Origin: Dehalococcoidia bacterium
GTDB lineage: Bacteria; Chloroflexota; Dehalococcoidia; Lucifugimonadales; Australimonadaceae
Length of the DNA stretch: 64,000 nt
NCBI GenBank assembly: GCA_965116015.1
Contig: OZ220477.1
Coordinates: 2,020,339 to 2,084,338, forward strand
Direction of reading: 5' to 3'
Under the pieces are notes generated by a model that was given only the letters and a program-made list of their open reading frames with translations, ran no database searches and was not told where the DNA came from. Position numbers and translations under genes: made by a program. This document shows, in pieces, positions 17,362-29,057 of this stretch. Position 1 is the stretch's first letter, and every line of letters begins with the position of its first letter.

Positions 17362-19365
17362 TTACCGTTGCAGCAGATAGAACATCAGAATGACGACCAC
17401 CCCCATCGATACGCCGACGCCGTACGCCTGCGCTTGCCCTGTTTGCAGCTGCGCCACCGCGCGGCCGCTATGGCGTCCCAGCCAGCCAACCAGGTCAACG
17501 AACCCGTCAACGATGTGCCGGTCAATCCAGTCGGACGCAAGGAAAACGCCGCTGTAGAGCGCGCGCCGAACGATGATGTCCTCATACAGGCGATCCATAT
17601 AGAAACGCTCCGCCAGCGCGCGTTGCCCGAACCGCCCGATGCGCCCCAGATTGTCGAAAGACACGCCTCCCCTGCCGTAAATCAGCGCCGCAAGCGCAAT
17701 GCCTGCGGCCGCGACCACTGTCGACACGGCGGCGATGCCAACGTTGAAATCGGCCGCTTTTTCATGCAGGAAATGCGAGAACCAGTGCGCCGGAACCGGC
17801 CCGAGATCGAAAAGCGAATTGGCCACGAACCCGGAGCCCACAGCGAACACGGCGAGCACAATCATCGGCCCCGTCATCGTCAACGACGACTCGCTCTTGT
17901 GAACGTGATGATGCGCCTCGTCGGGGATGCGCTCGCTATGCGGAACAGCGTCGATTCCCCCGCGGAACTCGCCGTGAAACGCGAGAAAAACCAGACGGAA
18001 CACATAGAATGCCGTCATGAAACCCGCGGCGAGCGCAAGCCAGAACACAACCTGCGCCACCGCCTCGCTCGCTGCATAGTCGGCTGAGAACGCTGCTCCC
18101 AGCGCCTCGTCCTTCGACCAGAAACCAGCCAGCGGGAACACGCCTGCTAAACTGAGCCCCCCTATGAGCGTCGTCGCGTAAGTAATGGGCATCCACTTCC
18201 GCATTCCCCCCATCAACCGGAGGTCGAACGTGTGCGCCGAGTGGTGCGCCGACCCAGCTCCGAGGAAGAGCAGGCACTTGAAAAACGCATGATTGAAAAG
18301 ATGGAACATCGCTACGCCCGGCGCCCCAACTCCCAACGCGAGGAACATATAGCCCAGCTGGCTCACCGTCGAGAAAGCCAGCACGCGCTTGATGTCGGTG
18401 GCCGCCAGCCCCATCGCCGCCGCAAATATCGCTGTGAACCCGCCAATTAACGCTGTCGTGTTCATCGCCACAGCGCTCTCTGCGAACAAATCGAACATCC
18501 GCGCCGTAAGAAACACTCCAGCGGCGACCATCGTAGCGGCGTGGATTAGCGAACTCACCGGCGTCGGCCCCTCCATCGCGTCGGGCAACCACGTATGCAG
18601 CGGGAATTGCGCCGACTTCCCCACCGCGCCTGCGAACAACCCCAGAGAAACCCATGTCGCCACTCCCGCCGGAAGGGCCGGCGCAGCCTCGAGAATGGCC
18701 GGAATCTCGAACGGGTTCAGCCCGAGCTCAACGAATGCGGCCCTGTTGAAATACAAGTACATAATGCCGAGGAGAAACCCGAAGTCCCCTATCCGCGTAA
18801 CGATGAACGCCTTCTTCGCCGCCGCCGCCGCCGCAGGACGATGGCTCCAGAACCCGATGAGCAGGTACGAGAACAACCCCACAAGCTCCCAGAACACGAA
18901 CATCTGCACGAGGTTGTATGCAAGCGTCAGCCCCAGCATCGACGCCGTGAACAGCGACATATATGCAAAATAGCGCGGATAGTCGACCCACTCGCCGCCC
19001 TCTGCCTCCGCCTCTTTGCGCATATACCCGAGCGAGTAGAGCTGCACAAGCATGCTCACGCCCGACACCACCGCGGCCATGATCGCCGAGAGCGGATCGA
19101 GCAGCACACCCACCGTCATCTCGAACGCTGCCGTCCCCGGCTCGCCCACCACGAACCACACATGCGGCGCGAAGCCAACCTCCCCATCCATAGCCGCCCA
19201 GACAGCCAGCAAGCTCAGCGCGAACGCCCCCCCGACTCCGGCAATGCCGACTACCCCTGCGGCGGGCCACAGCGATCGCGCCCACGGACGGATGACTCCA
19301 ACGTTGACCAACCCCGCAAGCAAGGGCAGGCCGACGATGAGCCATGCTGCCGCTTCGGGCATCAT
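17362..19365 (-). CDS. nuoL: NADH-quinone oxidoreductase subunit L
   Basis: 667-aa antiporter-like subunit with a long C-terminal extension. Confidence 0.85.
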   Translation of the reverse strand: MMPEAAAWLIVGLPLLAGLVNVGVIRPWARSLWPAAGVVGIAGVGGAFALSLLAVWAAMDGEVGFAPHVWFVVGEPGTAAFEMTVGVLLDPLSAIMAAVVSGVSMLVQLYSLGYMRKEAEAEGGEWVDYPRYFAYMSLFTASMLGLTLAYNLVQMFVFWELVGLFSYLLIGFWSHRPAAAAAAKKAFIVTRIGDFGFLLGIMYLYFNRAAFVELGLNPFEIPAILEAAPALPAGVATWVSLGLFAGAVGKSAQFPLHTWLPDAMEGPTPVSSLIHAATMVAAGVFLTARMFDLFAESAVAMNTTALIGGFTAIFAAAMGLAATDIKRVLAFSTVSQLGYMFLALGVGAPGVAMFHLFNHAFFKCLLFLGAGSAHHSAHTFDLRLMGGMRKWMPITYATTLIGGLSLAGVFPLAGFWSKDEALGAAFSADYAASEAVAQVVFWLALAAGFMTAFYVFRLVFLAFHGEFRGGIDAVPHSERIPDEAHHHVHKSESSLTMTGPMIVLAVFAVGSGFVANSLFDLGPVPAHWFSHFLHEKAADFNVGIAAVSTVVAAAGIALAALIYGRGGVSFDNLGRIGRFGQRALAERFYMDRLYEDIIVRRALYSGVFLASDWIDRHIVDGFVDLVGWLGRHSGRAVAQLQTGQAQAYGVGVSMGVVVILMFYLLQR

Positions 19366-19368
19366 CGC

Positions 19369-19563
19369 CTACAGCTTCCTCATAATTTCGTCCGCCACAT
19401 GCTCCCGTCCTCGGGGCACCATCACACGGAAGGACACAGTCTCGCCGTAGTCAAGAATGTCGCCCTCGGGCAGCAGCCTCACGGGAAGCCCCTCGCCTTC
19501 GAGGATCTCCTTCCACATCTCGGCCAGCATCAGGTTCGGCGCTTTCTTGTAATCGACCCACAT
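19369..19563 (-). CDS. Small soluble protein (DUF2007-like pattern) inserted between nuoK and nuoL
   Basis: 64 aa, tightly spaced (3-6 nt) from both neighbours. 'LMLAEMWKEILEGEGLPVRL' resembles small PII-fold proteins. Confidence 0.45.
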   Translation of the reverse strand: MWVDYKKAPNLMLAEMWKEILEGEGLPVRLLPEGDILDYGETVSFRVMVPRGREHVADEIMRKL

Positions 19564-19569
19564 CTCCAG

Positions 19570-19914
19570 TTACCGCCGCATCTGACTCAGATCTGAGATA
19601 GCGACGGTGTCGCGCCTGCGCGCCAGCGCAATGATGAGCGCAAGCCCCAGCGCCACCTCTGCCGCCGCCACGACGATTACGAACAACGCAAGCGTATGAC
19701 CAGCGAGCAGAAACCGCTCCGCATCTTCCGGAGCGTTCGCAAACCGGAAAACTGCGGGGGCGGTATAGCGCGAGAACGCCACCAGCGCCACGTTCACCGC
19801 ATTGAACATAATCTCAACCGACATCAGCACGGCAATGATGTGCCGCCGCGACAGCGCCCCATAGAGCCCGATGCAGAACAGAATCGCCGAAACAATGAGC
19901 AGCCGCTCCAACAT
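19570..19914 (-). CDS. nuoK: NADH-quinone oxidoreductase subunit K
   Basis: 114-aa three-helix membrane protein in operon position. Confidence 0.8.
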   Translation of the reverse strand: MLERLLIVSAILFCIGLYGALSRRHIIAVLMSVEIMFNAVNVALVAFSRYTAPAVFRFANAPEDAERFLLAGHTLALFVIVVAAAEVALGLALIIALARRRDTVAISDLSQMRR

Positions 19915-19916
19915 CC

Positions 19917-20435
19917 CTACCGCTCCCGCACGAGAGCCAGCGCCCCCACCACTGCCGCGAGCAGCAGCGCCCCGGCCGCCTCGAACGCCAGCACGAAATC
20001 AGCAAGCAGTAAACGCCCCAGCCGCGCAGGCGAGTCCACGAACACAGCGGCTAGGGGCTCCGGGAGTGTATCCGGCAGCAACCGCCACTCGGCCTGCACG
20101 ATGCTGTAAAGAAGCGCCCCAAGCAGCGCTGCCCCCATCATCAGCGCCACAGGCTGCGCGTGCGTGCTCTGGTTCCCCAGATCGACGTCCCGCGTCATCA
20201 TCACCGCGAATATCACTAGCACAGCAATCCCCCCCCCGTAGATGAGAACCTGAACAACAGCCAGGAACTCGGCGTGCGCCATCGCAAAGAGCCCTGCAAC
20301 TCCCACGAAACTGACAACCAACATCAGCGCGGCGCGAAATATGCTGCGCAGATGCACTACCAGCGCGGCGGCAATCACGCTCGTCCCCGCCAGCAGCCAG
20401 AACACAATCTCCGTGAACAGATTATCCAAAGTCAC
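19917..20435 (-). CDS. nuoJ: NADH-quinone oxidoreductase subunit J
   Basis: Membrane protein. GTG at 20435 lies directly after the nuoI stop; the track ORF extends to 20486. Confidence 0.8.
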   Translation of the reverse strand: MTLDNLFTEIVFWLLAGTSVIAAALVVHLRSIFRAALMLVVSFVGVAGLFAMAHAEFLAVVQVLIYGGGIAVLVIFAVMMTRDVDLGNQSTHAQPVALMMGAALLGALLYSIVQAEWRLLPDTLPEPLAAVFVDSPARLGRLLLADFVLAFEAAGALLLAAVVGALALVRER

Positions 20436-20437
20436 GC

Positions 20438-21031
20438 TTAGCGCTCGCTCTCGTAGTCGCCATCGGCGCTCGCCCGCTGGTCCCACTCCTCAGGCAGCTG
20501 CGCCGGACGAGTGGGATGCCAGAACGCAGGCTCCCGTCCCGCGTCCTCCCACTCACGTGCGGCAGACCCTCGCGGATCGAACGCGTCCCGCTCCAACTGC
20601 GGCCGGAACCACGTGCTTGGGCGCTTCTCGCGCTCCTTCAACGCCTCCACGTTGATCACTAAGTCCTCGCGGCGGTACGCCGCCGCCTCGAACCCCGAAC
20701 CCATATGCAGAGCATCGTACGGGCACGCCTCGACGCACAGCCCGCAGTACATACAGCGCGCCTGATCGATATCGAACACGTCCACCTTGTAGCTGCCGCC
20801 ATCCTGCTCGTTCCCGCCGTTCGGATCGGTCACGATTCGAATGATGCCAAGCGGACAGTACTTCGCGCAGCTTGCGCAGCCGGTGCACCGCTGCTCGTAC
20901 CACGTGAACTCCTGCCCGCGAAAGCGCGGGTGCTGCTTGTTCCTTTGCTCCGGGTACTGCACGGTGAACGGGCGGCGCAACAGATTCCTCAGTGTTACGG
21001 CCATTCCCCGAAGCATCCCTGCCCCGTACAT
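20438..21031 (-). CDS. nuoI: NADH-quinone oxidoreductase subunit I (2x[4Fe-4S])
   Basis: 'CTGCASCAKYCP' and 'CMYCGLCVEACP'. Confidence 0.9.
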   Translation of the reverse strand: MYGAGMLRGMAVTLRNLLRRPFTVQYPEQRNKQHPRFRGQEFTWYEQRCTGCASCAKYCPLGIIRIVTDPNGGNEQDGGSYKVDVFDIDQARCMYCGLCVEACPYDALHMGSGFEAAAYRREDLVINVEALKEREKRPSTWFRPQLERDAFDPRGSAAREWEDAGREPAFWHPTRPAQLPEEWDQRASADGDYESER

Positions 21032-21032
21032 A

Positions 21033-22202
21033 TCAGCTCGCCTCCATAGCGCGAGCAGCGGAGGGCGCCGGCGTTCGCAGCGAAACTACCCGCGACCACA
21101 GCAGCGCGGCGGGCGCCGTTACGCTCCAGTTGATCGCCGCCATTATGGCAAGCTCCAACGCTCCGCGCTCAGGCCAGACGAGCGTCTCAGCGCCCAGCAG
21201 CAGCACATTCAGCAGGCTAAGCGGGAAAAGATACTTCCACGCCGCCGCGAGAATCTGGTCGAGCCGGAAACGCGGAAGCGTCGCGCGCACCCACACCGCC
21301 GCGAACACGAACATCCCCACCTTCGCCAGAAACCAAACGTGCGACGGCAACACAGCCCACTTCCAGCCTTGCAGAAAAAGCACTGCGAAGATAGCTCCCG
21401 CCACCACCGTGTTCGCAAACTCCGCCAGCATGAAAACCCCGTACTTCATCCCGCTGTATTCCGTCATATAGCCAGACACCAGCTCCGACTCCGCCTCAGT
21501 AACGTCGAACGGCGCGCGGTTCAGCTCCGCCGAAATCGCCGCCAGAAAAATGAGCGCTCCCAGCGGCGTAACCAGCAAGAACGGCAGCGCCTGCGCCTCC
21601 ACAATGTCGACCATCGACATCGACTGCGCTAACACAGTAACCCCCAGCAGCGCCATCACGAGCGGAACCTCGTAGCTCACAAGCATAGCCACTGCCCGCA
21701 TACTCCCGAACAAAGCGAAACTGTTCGGCGACGCGTAGCCCGCCATCATCACCGCTATCGTCGCGATCCCGCTCACCGCCGCTATGTACAGAACCCCCAC
21801 ATTGATGTCGGCCAGCCACGAATTCGCCCCGAACGGGATGACCGCGAGCACGAGCAGCGTCGGCGCCAGCATCACAACCGGCGCGAGCGTGAACGCTACG
21901 CGGTCAGCCCCCCTAACAATGACATCCTCTTTCGTTAGCAGCTTCACCGCGTCGGCAAGCGGCTGGAAAAGCCCGAATGGCCCTGCCCTGTTCGGCCCCA
22001 GCCGCCCCTGAAAACGCCCCAGCAACCGCCGCTCAAACCAGGTGTACCCTGTCCCTATGGCAAGCGTCGCATTGACCACGAGCATAATGATCGCGAACCC
22101 CGCAACGCCGTACGCAAGCCACGCCCACTCTTGCCCCAGCGCATCAACCACCACCGTATAAACGTTGCGGTAGAGCGCGTTCTCTGCGAGCGCCTCGCCC
22201 AT
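21033..22202 (-). CDS. nuoH: NADH-quinone oxidoreductase subunit H
   Basis: 389-aa polytopic protein. ATGA overlap with the nuoD stop. Confidence 0.85.
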   Translation of the reverse strand: MGEALAENALYRNVYTVVVDALGQEWAWLAYGVAGFAIIMLVVNATLAIGTGYTWFERRLLGRFQGRLGPNRAGPFGLFQPLADAVKLLTKEDVIVRGADRVAFTLAPVVMLAPTLLVLAVIPFGANSWLADINVGVLYIAAVSGIATIAVMMAGYASPNSFALFGSMRAVAMLVSYEVPLVMALLGVTVLAQSMSMVDIVEAQALPFLLVTPLGALIFLAAISAELNRAPFDVTEAESELVSGYMTEYSGMKYGVFMLAEFANTVVAGAIFAVLFLQGWKWAVLPSHVWFLAKVGMFVFAAVWVRATLPRFRLDQILAAAWKYLFPLSLLNVLLLGAETLVWPERGALELAIMAAINWSVTAPAALLWSRVVSLRTPAPSAARAMEAS

Positions 22203-23323
22203 CAGCGGTCCACCTCTCCCATATTAAAATCGAGGCTGCCAAGCGTAACGATGGCGTCAGCCAGCTTCCAACCCACCAGCATCTCCCTGAAAAGCGTCAG
22301 GCTCATAAAAGACGGTGACCGTATGTGGCAGCGGTACGGCGCGATAGAGCCGTCGCTCACCAAATAAAAGCCAAGCTCGCCCTTCGGAGCCTCTATCGGA
22401 ACATAAGCCTCCCCCGGCGGCGGGCGAAACAACATCGCCGGCGTCGCCCGCACCGGCCCAGGCTCAATCTGCTGATAGCACTGCTCGATGATGCGCAGCG
22501 ACTGACGCACCTCCAGCATCCGAACCCAGAACCTGTCGTAGTTGTCTCCCGTCTGCGCGGTCGGCGCCTCGAACTGCACCCTGTCGTACACGTCGTAAGG
22601 CGCCTGCTTCCTCCAGTCCCACTCGACTCCAGACGCCCGCAAAATAGGCCCAGTGAACGATGCGTCGAGCGCGGCCGCCGCCGAAACGCTCGCGACCCCC
22701 TTCGTGCGCGCGAGCGTCACCTCGCTCTCGAACACCAGCGCCTGCAGCTCGTCTCCGTACGCCGGCATCTCGTCGAGAAAATGCCGCAATGCCGGCCAGA
22801 ACTCGTCCGGCGCATCCTGAAAAACCCCCCCGATGCGCATGTACGACACTGTGATTCGCGCTCCGCACAGCATCTCGAACATATCAAGAATGCGCTCGCG
22901 CTCGCGGAATGCGTACATCAACGCGGTGCCACCGAACACGCCAAGCTCCTGCAAAAAGAAACCAACCCCCACCAGATGGCTCGCGATCCGCTGCAACTCG
23001 GCGGCGATTACCCGCAGATACTTGCCGCGCTCCGGCGCCTCGATCCCCACAAGCCGCTCGCACGAAAGCACATAGGCCTGGTTGTTCGTCATCGACGACA
23101 CATAGTCGAGCCGGTCGGTGAGCGTCACTACCTGCGTGTACTGCCGCTCCTCCGCAAGCTTCTCCGTGCCCCGGTGCAAGTACCCAATCACCGGCTCCGC
23201 GTCGAGAATATTCTCCCCGTCGAACGTGAGCTTCATCCGAAACACGCCGTGTGTGCTGGGATGGTGCGGCCCAACGTTAACCACAACAGGTTCGGTGCGC
23301 AGCGTCATCCCGCTATCCCCCAT
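22202..23323 (-). CDS. nuoD: NADH-quinone oxidoreductase subunit D
   Basis: 'VNVGPHHPSTHGV', 'GYLHRGTEK', and a C-terminal '...DFNMGEVDR'. Confidence 0.9.
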   Translation of the reverse strand: MGDSGMTLRTEPVVVNVGPHHPSTHGVFRMKLTFDGENILDAEPVIGYLHRGTEKLAEERQYTQVVTLTDRLDYVSSMTNNQAYVLSCERLVGIEAPERGKYLRVIAAELQRIASHLVGVGFFLQELGVFGGTALMYAFRERERILDMFEMLCGARITVSYMRIGGVFQDAPDEFWPALRHFLDEMPAYGDELQALVFESEVTLARTKGVASVSAAAALDASFTGPILRASGVEWDWRKQAPYDVYDRVQFEAPTAQTGDNYDRFWVRMLEVRQSLRIIEQCYQQIEPGPVRATPAMLFRPPPGEAYVPIEAPKGELGFYLVSDGSIAPYRCHIRSPSFMSLTLFREMLVGWKLADAIVTLGSLDFNMGEVDR

Positions 23324-23789
23324 GAGGCCAGGAGTAAGGAAGCGGAGGTTCGATGTAATCGCGCCGGAGAGGATGCCCCTGAAACCCCTCCCACGTGAGG
23401 ATGCGCTTCAGATTCGGATGCCCCTCGAACGCCACCCCCAGCAGATCCCACACCTCGCGCTCCTGCAGCGCTGCTCCGCGCCAAACACCGCTCACCGTCG
23501 GCAGCGACGGCTCATCGCGACCGTACACCCGCGCCTTCAGCGCCGCCATCATGTTCCGGCTCAGCGAGGTGAGACGGTAAACAACATCGAAATGCTCGAC
23601 ATAATCCACCGCCGTTATCGAATTCAGCAGCCTGTAGTCGTGCGCCGGATCGTCCCGCAGGAACCGGCAAACCTCGGCAATAGCCTCCGGCGCAACAAAC
23701 GCCGCAATCGCGTCCGCGCCGATTACCGCGTCCGCGAACCGGGAGCGCAGCTCGCCGGCCAGCTCGCTGCCGGAGAGCTCCGTCGTCAT
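23313..23789 (-). CDS. nuoC: NADH-quinone oxidoreductase subunit C
   Basis: 158 aa from 'MTTELSG'. The track ORF (to 24056) over-extends into nuoB. Confidence 0.8.
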   Translation of the reverse strand: MTTELSGSELAGELRSRFADAVIGADAIAAFVAPEAIAEVCRFLRDDPAHDYRLLNSITAVDYVEHFDVVYRLTSLSRNMMAALKARVYGRDEPSLPTVSGVWRGAALQEREVWDLLGVAFEGHPNLKRILTWEGFQGHPLRRDYIEPPLPYSWPHGG

Positions 23790-24454
23790 GGACGCGACAC
23801 TCCCGCCGCGTTCCGAGCGACGCTGTACTTCTTGATCTTCTCGTGCAGCTGCATAATCCCGTACAGCAGCGCATCGGGCCGCGGAGGGCACCCCGGCACA
23901 TACACATCGACCGGCGCTATGTGATTCACCCCAGGAACCACGCTGTAACCCTGGTAGTACGGCCCCCCGCTCGTGGCGCACACACCCATCGCAATCACCC
24001 ACTTCGGCTCCGCCATCTGATCGTAGATGCGGCGCACCGCCGGAGCCATCTTCCACGTCAGCGTCCCCGACACAATCAACAAGTCAGCCTGACGCGGCGT
24101 CGCGCGCATCGCCTCCATCCCGAAACGCGCAAGATCAAACCGCGACATCGCAGACGCGATCATCTCGAACACGCAGCAAGCCAGACCGAACGCCAGCGGC
24201 CACGTCGCCGACCTCCTGCCCCAGTTCAGCAACGCGTCCACCGACGTAACCGCAACATTGTTGCTCAGCCCCTCAGGAACGTGTATCGACGGCTCCGGAA
24301 ACGCCTCTTGCGAACTCCACTTCAACTGCTCGACGGACTCGCCCTCGATGCGGTCGGTGTCCCACCCCACAAGCGGCGTGGGCGTCGCCCGACCATGCGC
24401 CCAACCGGGCTCGGCGGGCAGAGTCTGCTCGGTTGACTCGTTTCCGTTGACCAT
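23786..24454 (-). CDS. nuoB: NADH-quinone oxidoreductase subunit B with an ~60-aa N-terminal extension
   Basis: '[14 protein letters not shown]', '[10 protein letters not shown]', 'VPGCPPRP'. Start chosen at 'MVNGNE'; the track ORF extends to 24769. Confidence 0.8.
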   Translation of the reverse strand: MVNGNESTEQTLPAEPGWAHGRATPTPLVGWDTDRIEGESVEQLKWSSQEAFPEPSIHVPEGLSNNVAVTSVDALLNWGRRSATWPLAFGLACCVFEMIASAMSRFDLARFGMEAMRATPRQADLLIVSGTLTWKMAPAVRRIYDQMAEPKWVIAMGVCATSGGPYYQGYSVVPGVNHIAPVDVYVPGCPPRPDALLYGIMQLHEKIKKYSVARNAAGVSRP

Positions 24455-24723
24455 GGCCGACTCGGCAACGTTCTCCGGCAGGAGCCCCTCTTGGCGGGCA
24501 GTGATGCCCCGCCCTCCGACAATTCGTGCGAGACAGGGGGAGCTCCCCTCGGCGGACAGTATTATGACGATGGCGAGCATAGCATACGAAGGGCGTAAGT
24601 GAAACGCCGCACAATCTCCTGCGACCAACCCCAGCCTCCAGCGTGCTTGTCCGGAACTCCGCCACGCTGTCCCTCTCTCGACTGTCCTTCCCATCGCTCC
24701 CGTTAAGCGGAATCCCCTCCTAG

Positions 24724-25071
24724 CCTCAACCTCTCGGGTCCACGAGAACGGACGCGCGACCCCTCCCAAGCGACATCGGCGTCGAGACCGCCGCCTATCT
24801 CAACGGCCTCGCCGAAGGCGCCAGCGAACTCCGCCGCTACATCCTCGACTCCCTCCGACGCGACGACGACTCACGCTCCGAAGAACTGATGCGCTATATG
24901 GACGATGCCTACAACGCCCTCATCGTAATGGACTTCCCCGACGCCTTGACCTCCGGCCTTCGCCGCACGACCGACCAGCTGCGCGGCGTACTAGAGCGCA
25001 CCCGCGGCGACCTCACCCTCGCCCTTCGCCAGTGCCCTTCGCAGTGCCTCCTCGCCGCCGCCGAGAGCTAG
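24724..25071 (+). pseudogene. Possible 3' fragment of a translin-family gene
   Basis: The open frame from 24724 reads '...[22 protein letters not shown]...MDDAYNALIVMDFPDALTSGLRRTTDQLRGVLERT', which resembles translin C-termini. There is no room for the N-terminal half. Confidence 0.35.
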
Positions 25072-25074
25072 AAA

Positions 25075-25102
25075 GAGCTGTTTCGGCACGCCGAAACAGC
25101 TC
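25075..25102. terminator. 12-bp perfect hairpin between convergent or unrelated units
   Basis: GAGCTGTTTCGG-CACG-CCGAAACAGCTC. No clear U-tract on the plus strand; TTTCT follows on the minus strand. Confidence 0.3.
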
Positions 25103-25176
25103 ATCGGCTAGAGGGTCAAGCACGCTGCAAACCTCCGCGTACAGATCCTCGTCAGAGTCAATGTACCGGCTGCTTC

Positions 25177-25266
25177 GCCGAACCCGGACCGCGCGCAGGG
25201 AAACGGCCATTGACATCGCTAGAGGGGCGGGTGGCGGGCCGAACCCGGACCGCGCGCAGGGAAACG
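25177..25266. repeat. Two identical 29-nt direct repeats separated by 32 nt
   Basis: GCCGAACCCGGACCGCGCGCAGGGAAACG at 25177-25205 and 25238-25266. The intervening 32 nt are unrelated to the flanks. Confidence 0.8.
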
Positions 25267-25486
25267 CCTGACGAGGGCCTTTGCGAGTAACTCAATTCTC
25301 CTGCCACGTGAGCACAAGGCGGGCGCCAAGCGCCTCCTCGCTGCTTCTTCCTATAGCTCTTACCCTCGAATGTCCCCCGCCCCCTCCCCCGCTCCCTCAC
25401 ACGAACCCCTCTCTGCCTGTAGAATGGACGCCGACATTCGTCCCGGAGCGCCTCAACCCTCGCGCTCCCTACAGGAGGCACCACTG

Positions 25487-27555
<2,069 letters not shown>

Positions 27556-27556
<1 letters not shown>

Positions 27557-27599
27557 GGGAGCTTATGCTCCCCTGTTCCCTCAAAGTCGCGAGGGAACA
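27556..27599 (+). terminator. Two tandem hairpins downstream of hppA
   Basis: GGGGAGC-TTAT-GCTCCCC followed by TGTTCCCTC-N8-GAGGGAACA. Weak U-tract. Confidence 0.3.
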
Positions 27600-27697
27600 G
27601 AACAGATCAGAAAGCAGGGGAAATCTCCCGCCCTTCCCCTGCCATCCTCCCGGCCCCTCTGGCGACAGAGGACGCCCGCAAACTTAAGGAGTCTTGC

Positions 27698-28498
27698 ATG
27701 GACTTGGGAATCGACGGTAAGAGAGCGCTCGTAACCGGAGGCTCCCGCGGCATCGGCTACGCCGTCGCGCTGGAGCTCGCCCGCGAGGGCGTCGACATCG
27801 CGCTCTGCGCCCGCGACGCCGACGCCGCTGCCGGCGCGGCAGCCCGGATTGCGAGCGCAACCGGCGCGCGTGCCTTCGGATTCCGCGCCGACACCGGCGT
27901 TGCAACCGACATCGAACAGCTCGTCGCCGGCGCCGCCTCCGTCCTTGGCGGAATAGACATCCTCGTCAACAACGCCGCGCGAGTCGGAGGCACAGGCGGC
28001 CCCGACTCCCTCGCGCAGCTCAACGAGCCTATGCTGCAAGCCGACTTCAACGTGAAGATTATGGGCTACCTGCGCTGCGCCCGCGAAGCCGTTCCCTTTA
28101 TGGAGCAGGCCGGGTGGGGCCGCATCATCAATATGGATGGCATGGCCGCGCGCAACGCCGCAGGCGTCAGCGGCGGCCTGCGCAACGCCGCCGTTATGAA
28201 CTTCACCAAGGTGATGTCCGAAGAGCTTGGCCCCAAAGGAATCACCGTCAACGCCGTCCACCCTGCCGTCACCAAGACCGAGGCGCTGATCGAGCGTCTT
28301 CAAACGAATGCCGAACGCGACAGCATAACAATCGAAGAAGCGGAACGGCGCATCGCCAGCGCAAACGCCATCAAACGCCTGGTGACCGCAGACGAAATCG
28401 CATCGGTCGTCGCATTCCTCTGCTCGCAGCAAGCGGGCTGCATCACCGGCGAAGCCGTTGCCCCAGCCGGCGGCAACTCCCGCTCAGTCTTCTACTAA
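27698..28498 (+). CDS. Short-chain dehydrogenase/reductase (FabG-like)
   Basis: 'VTGGSRGIGYAVA' Rossmann motif, 'NNAA', 266 aa. AAGGAG precedes the ATG. Confidence 0.8.
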   Translation: MDLGIDGKRALVTGGSRGIGYAVALELAREGVDIALCARDADAAAGAAARIASATGARAFGFRADTGVATDIEQLVAGAASVLGGIDILVNNAARVGGTGGPDSLAQLNEPMLQADFNVKIMGYLRCAREAVPFMEQAGWGRIINMDGMAARNAAGVSGGLRNAAVMNFTKVMSEELGPKGITVNAVHPAVTKTEALIERLQTNAERDSITIEEAERRIASANAIKRLVTADEIASVVAFLCSQQAGCITGEAVAPAGGNSRSVFY

Positions 28499-28588
28499 AG
28501 GCTCCGGAATATCAGAAGCTGCCGGCCCAAGCAGCGAACAGAGCACGCCGAGGGCGCTTCGATCGACCTGCTAGAGAACCCCATAGCA

Positions 28589-28975
28589 ATGCCCCGATCC
28601 AACATCAGCGGCAATAGCCCTTACGAAAGCGCCATCGGCTACTCGCGCGCAGTCCGCGTGGGAAGCGCAGTCTACGTCTCAGGGACCGTCGCAACCACAG
28701 ACGATGGCTCGCCGGCGCCCGCAGGCGATGCCTACGCCCAGGCGAGGCAGGCGCTCGCTAACATCCAAACCGCCCTCGCCGAGGCGGGAGCCGCCCTCGC
28801 CGATGTCGTCCGCACCCGGATGTACCTCGTTAACGCCAACGACTGGGAAGCAGTCGCCCGCGCTCACCGCGAATTCTTCGGCGAAACGCGCCCAGCCGCA
28901 ACAATGATCGAGGTCAGCCGCCTCCTCGACCCCGAAATGCTCGTGGAGATAGAAGCGGATGCCGTCATCGAGTGA
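28589..28975 (+). CDS. RidA/YjgF-family protein
   Basis: 128 aa with a '...RTRMYL...ATMIEVSRLLDPEMLVEIEADAV' C-terminal pattern. Confidence 0.7.
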   Translation: MPRSNISGNSPYESAIGYSRAVRVGSAVYVSGTVATTDDGSPAPAGDAYAQARQALANIQTALAEAGAALADVVRTRMYLVNANDWEAVARAHREFFGETRPAATMIEVSRLLDPEMLVEIEADAVIE

Positions 28976-29057
28976 TTCCGCCCACTGTCGGCCAAGGTAT
29001 CGCCGCAATGCCCCCGTTGCCTGTCGCAAGCTCGTCCACTCCCCCTTGCAGCCGCTC

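Noticed and set aside
25177-25266. Calling this a CRISPR array feature
   Set aside because: It has only two repeats and one spacer, a weak repeat stem, and no cas genes in the window. It is kept as a repeat and a low-interest finding rather than a CRISPR call.
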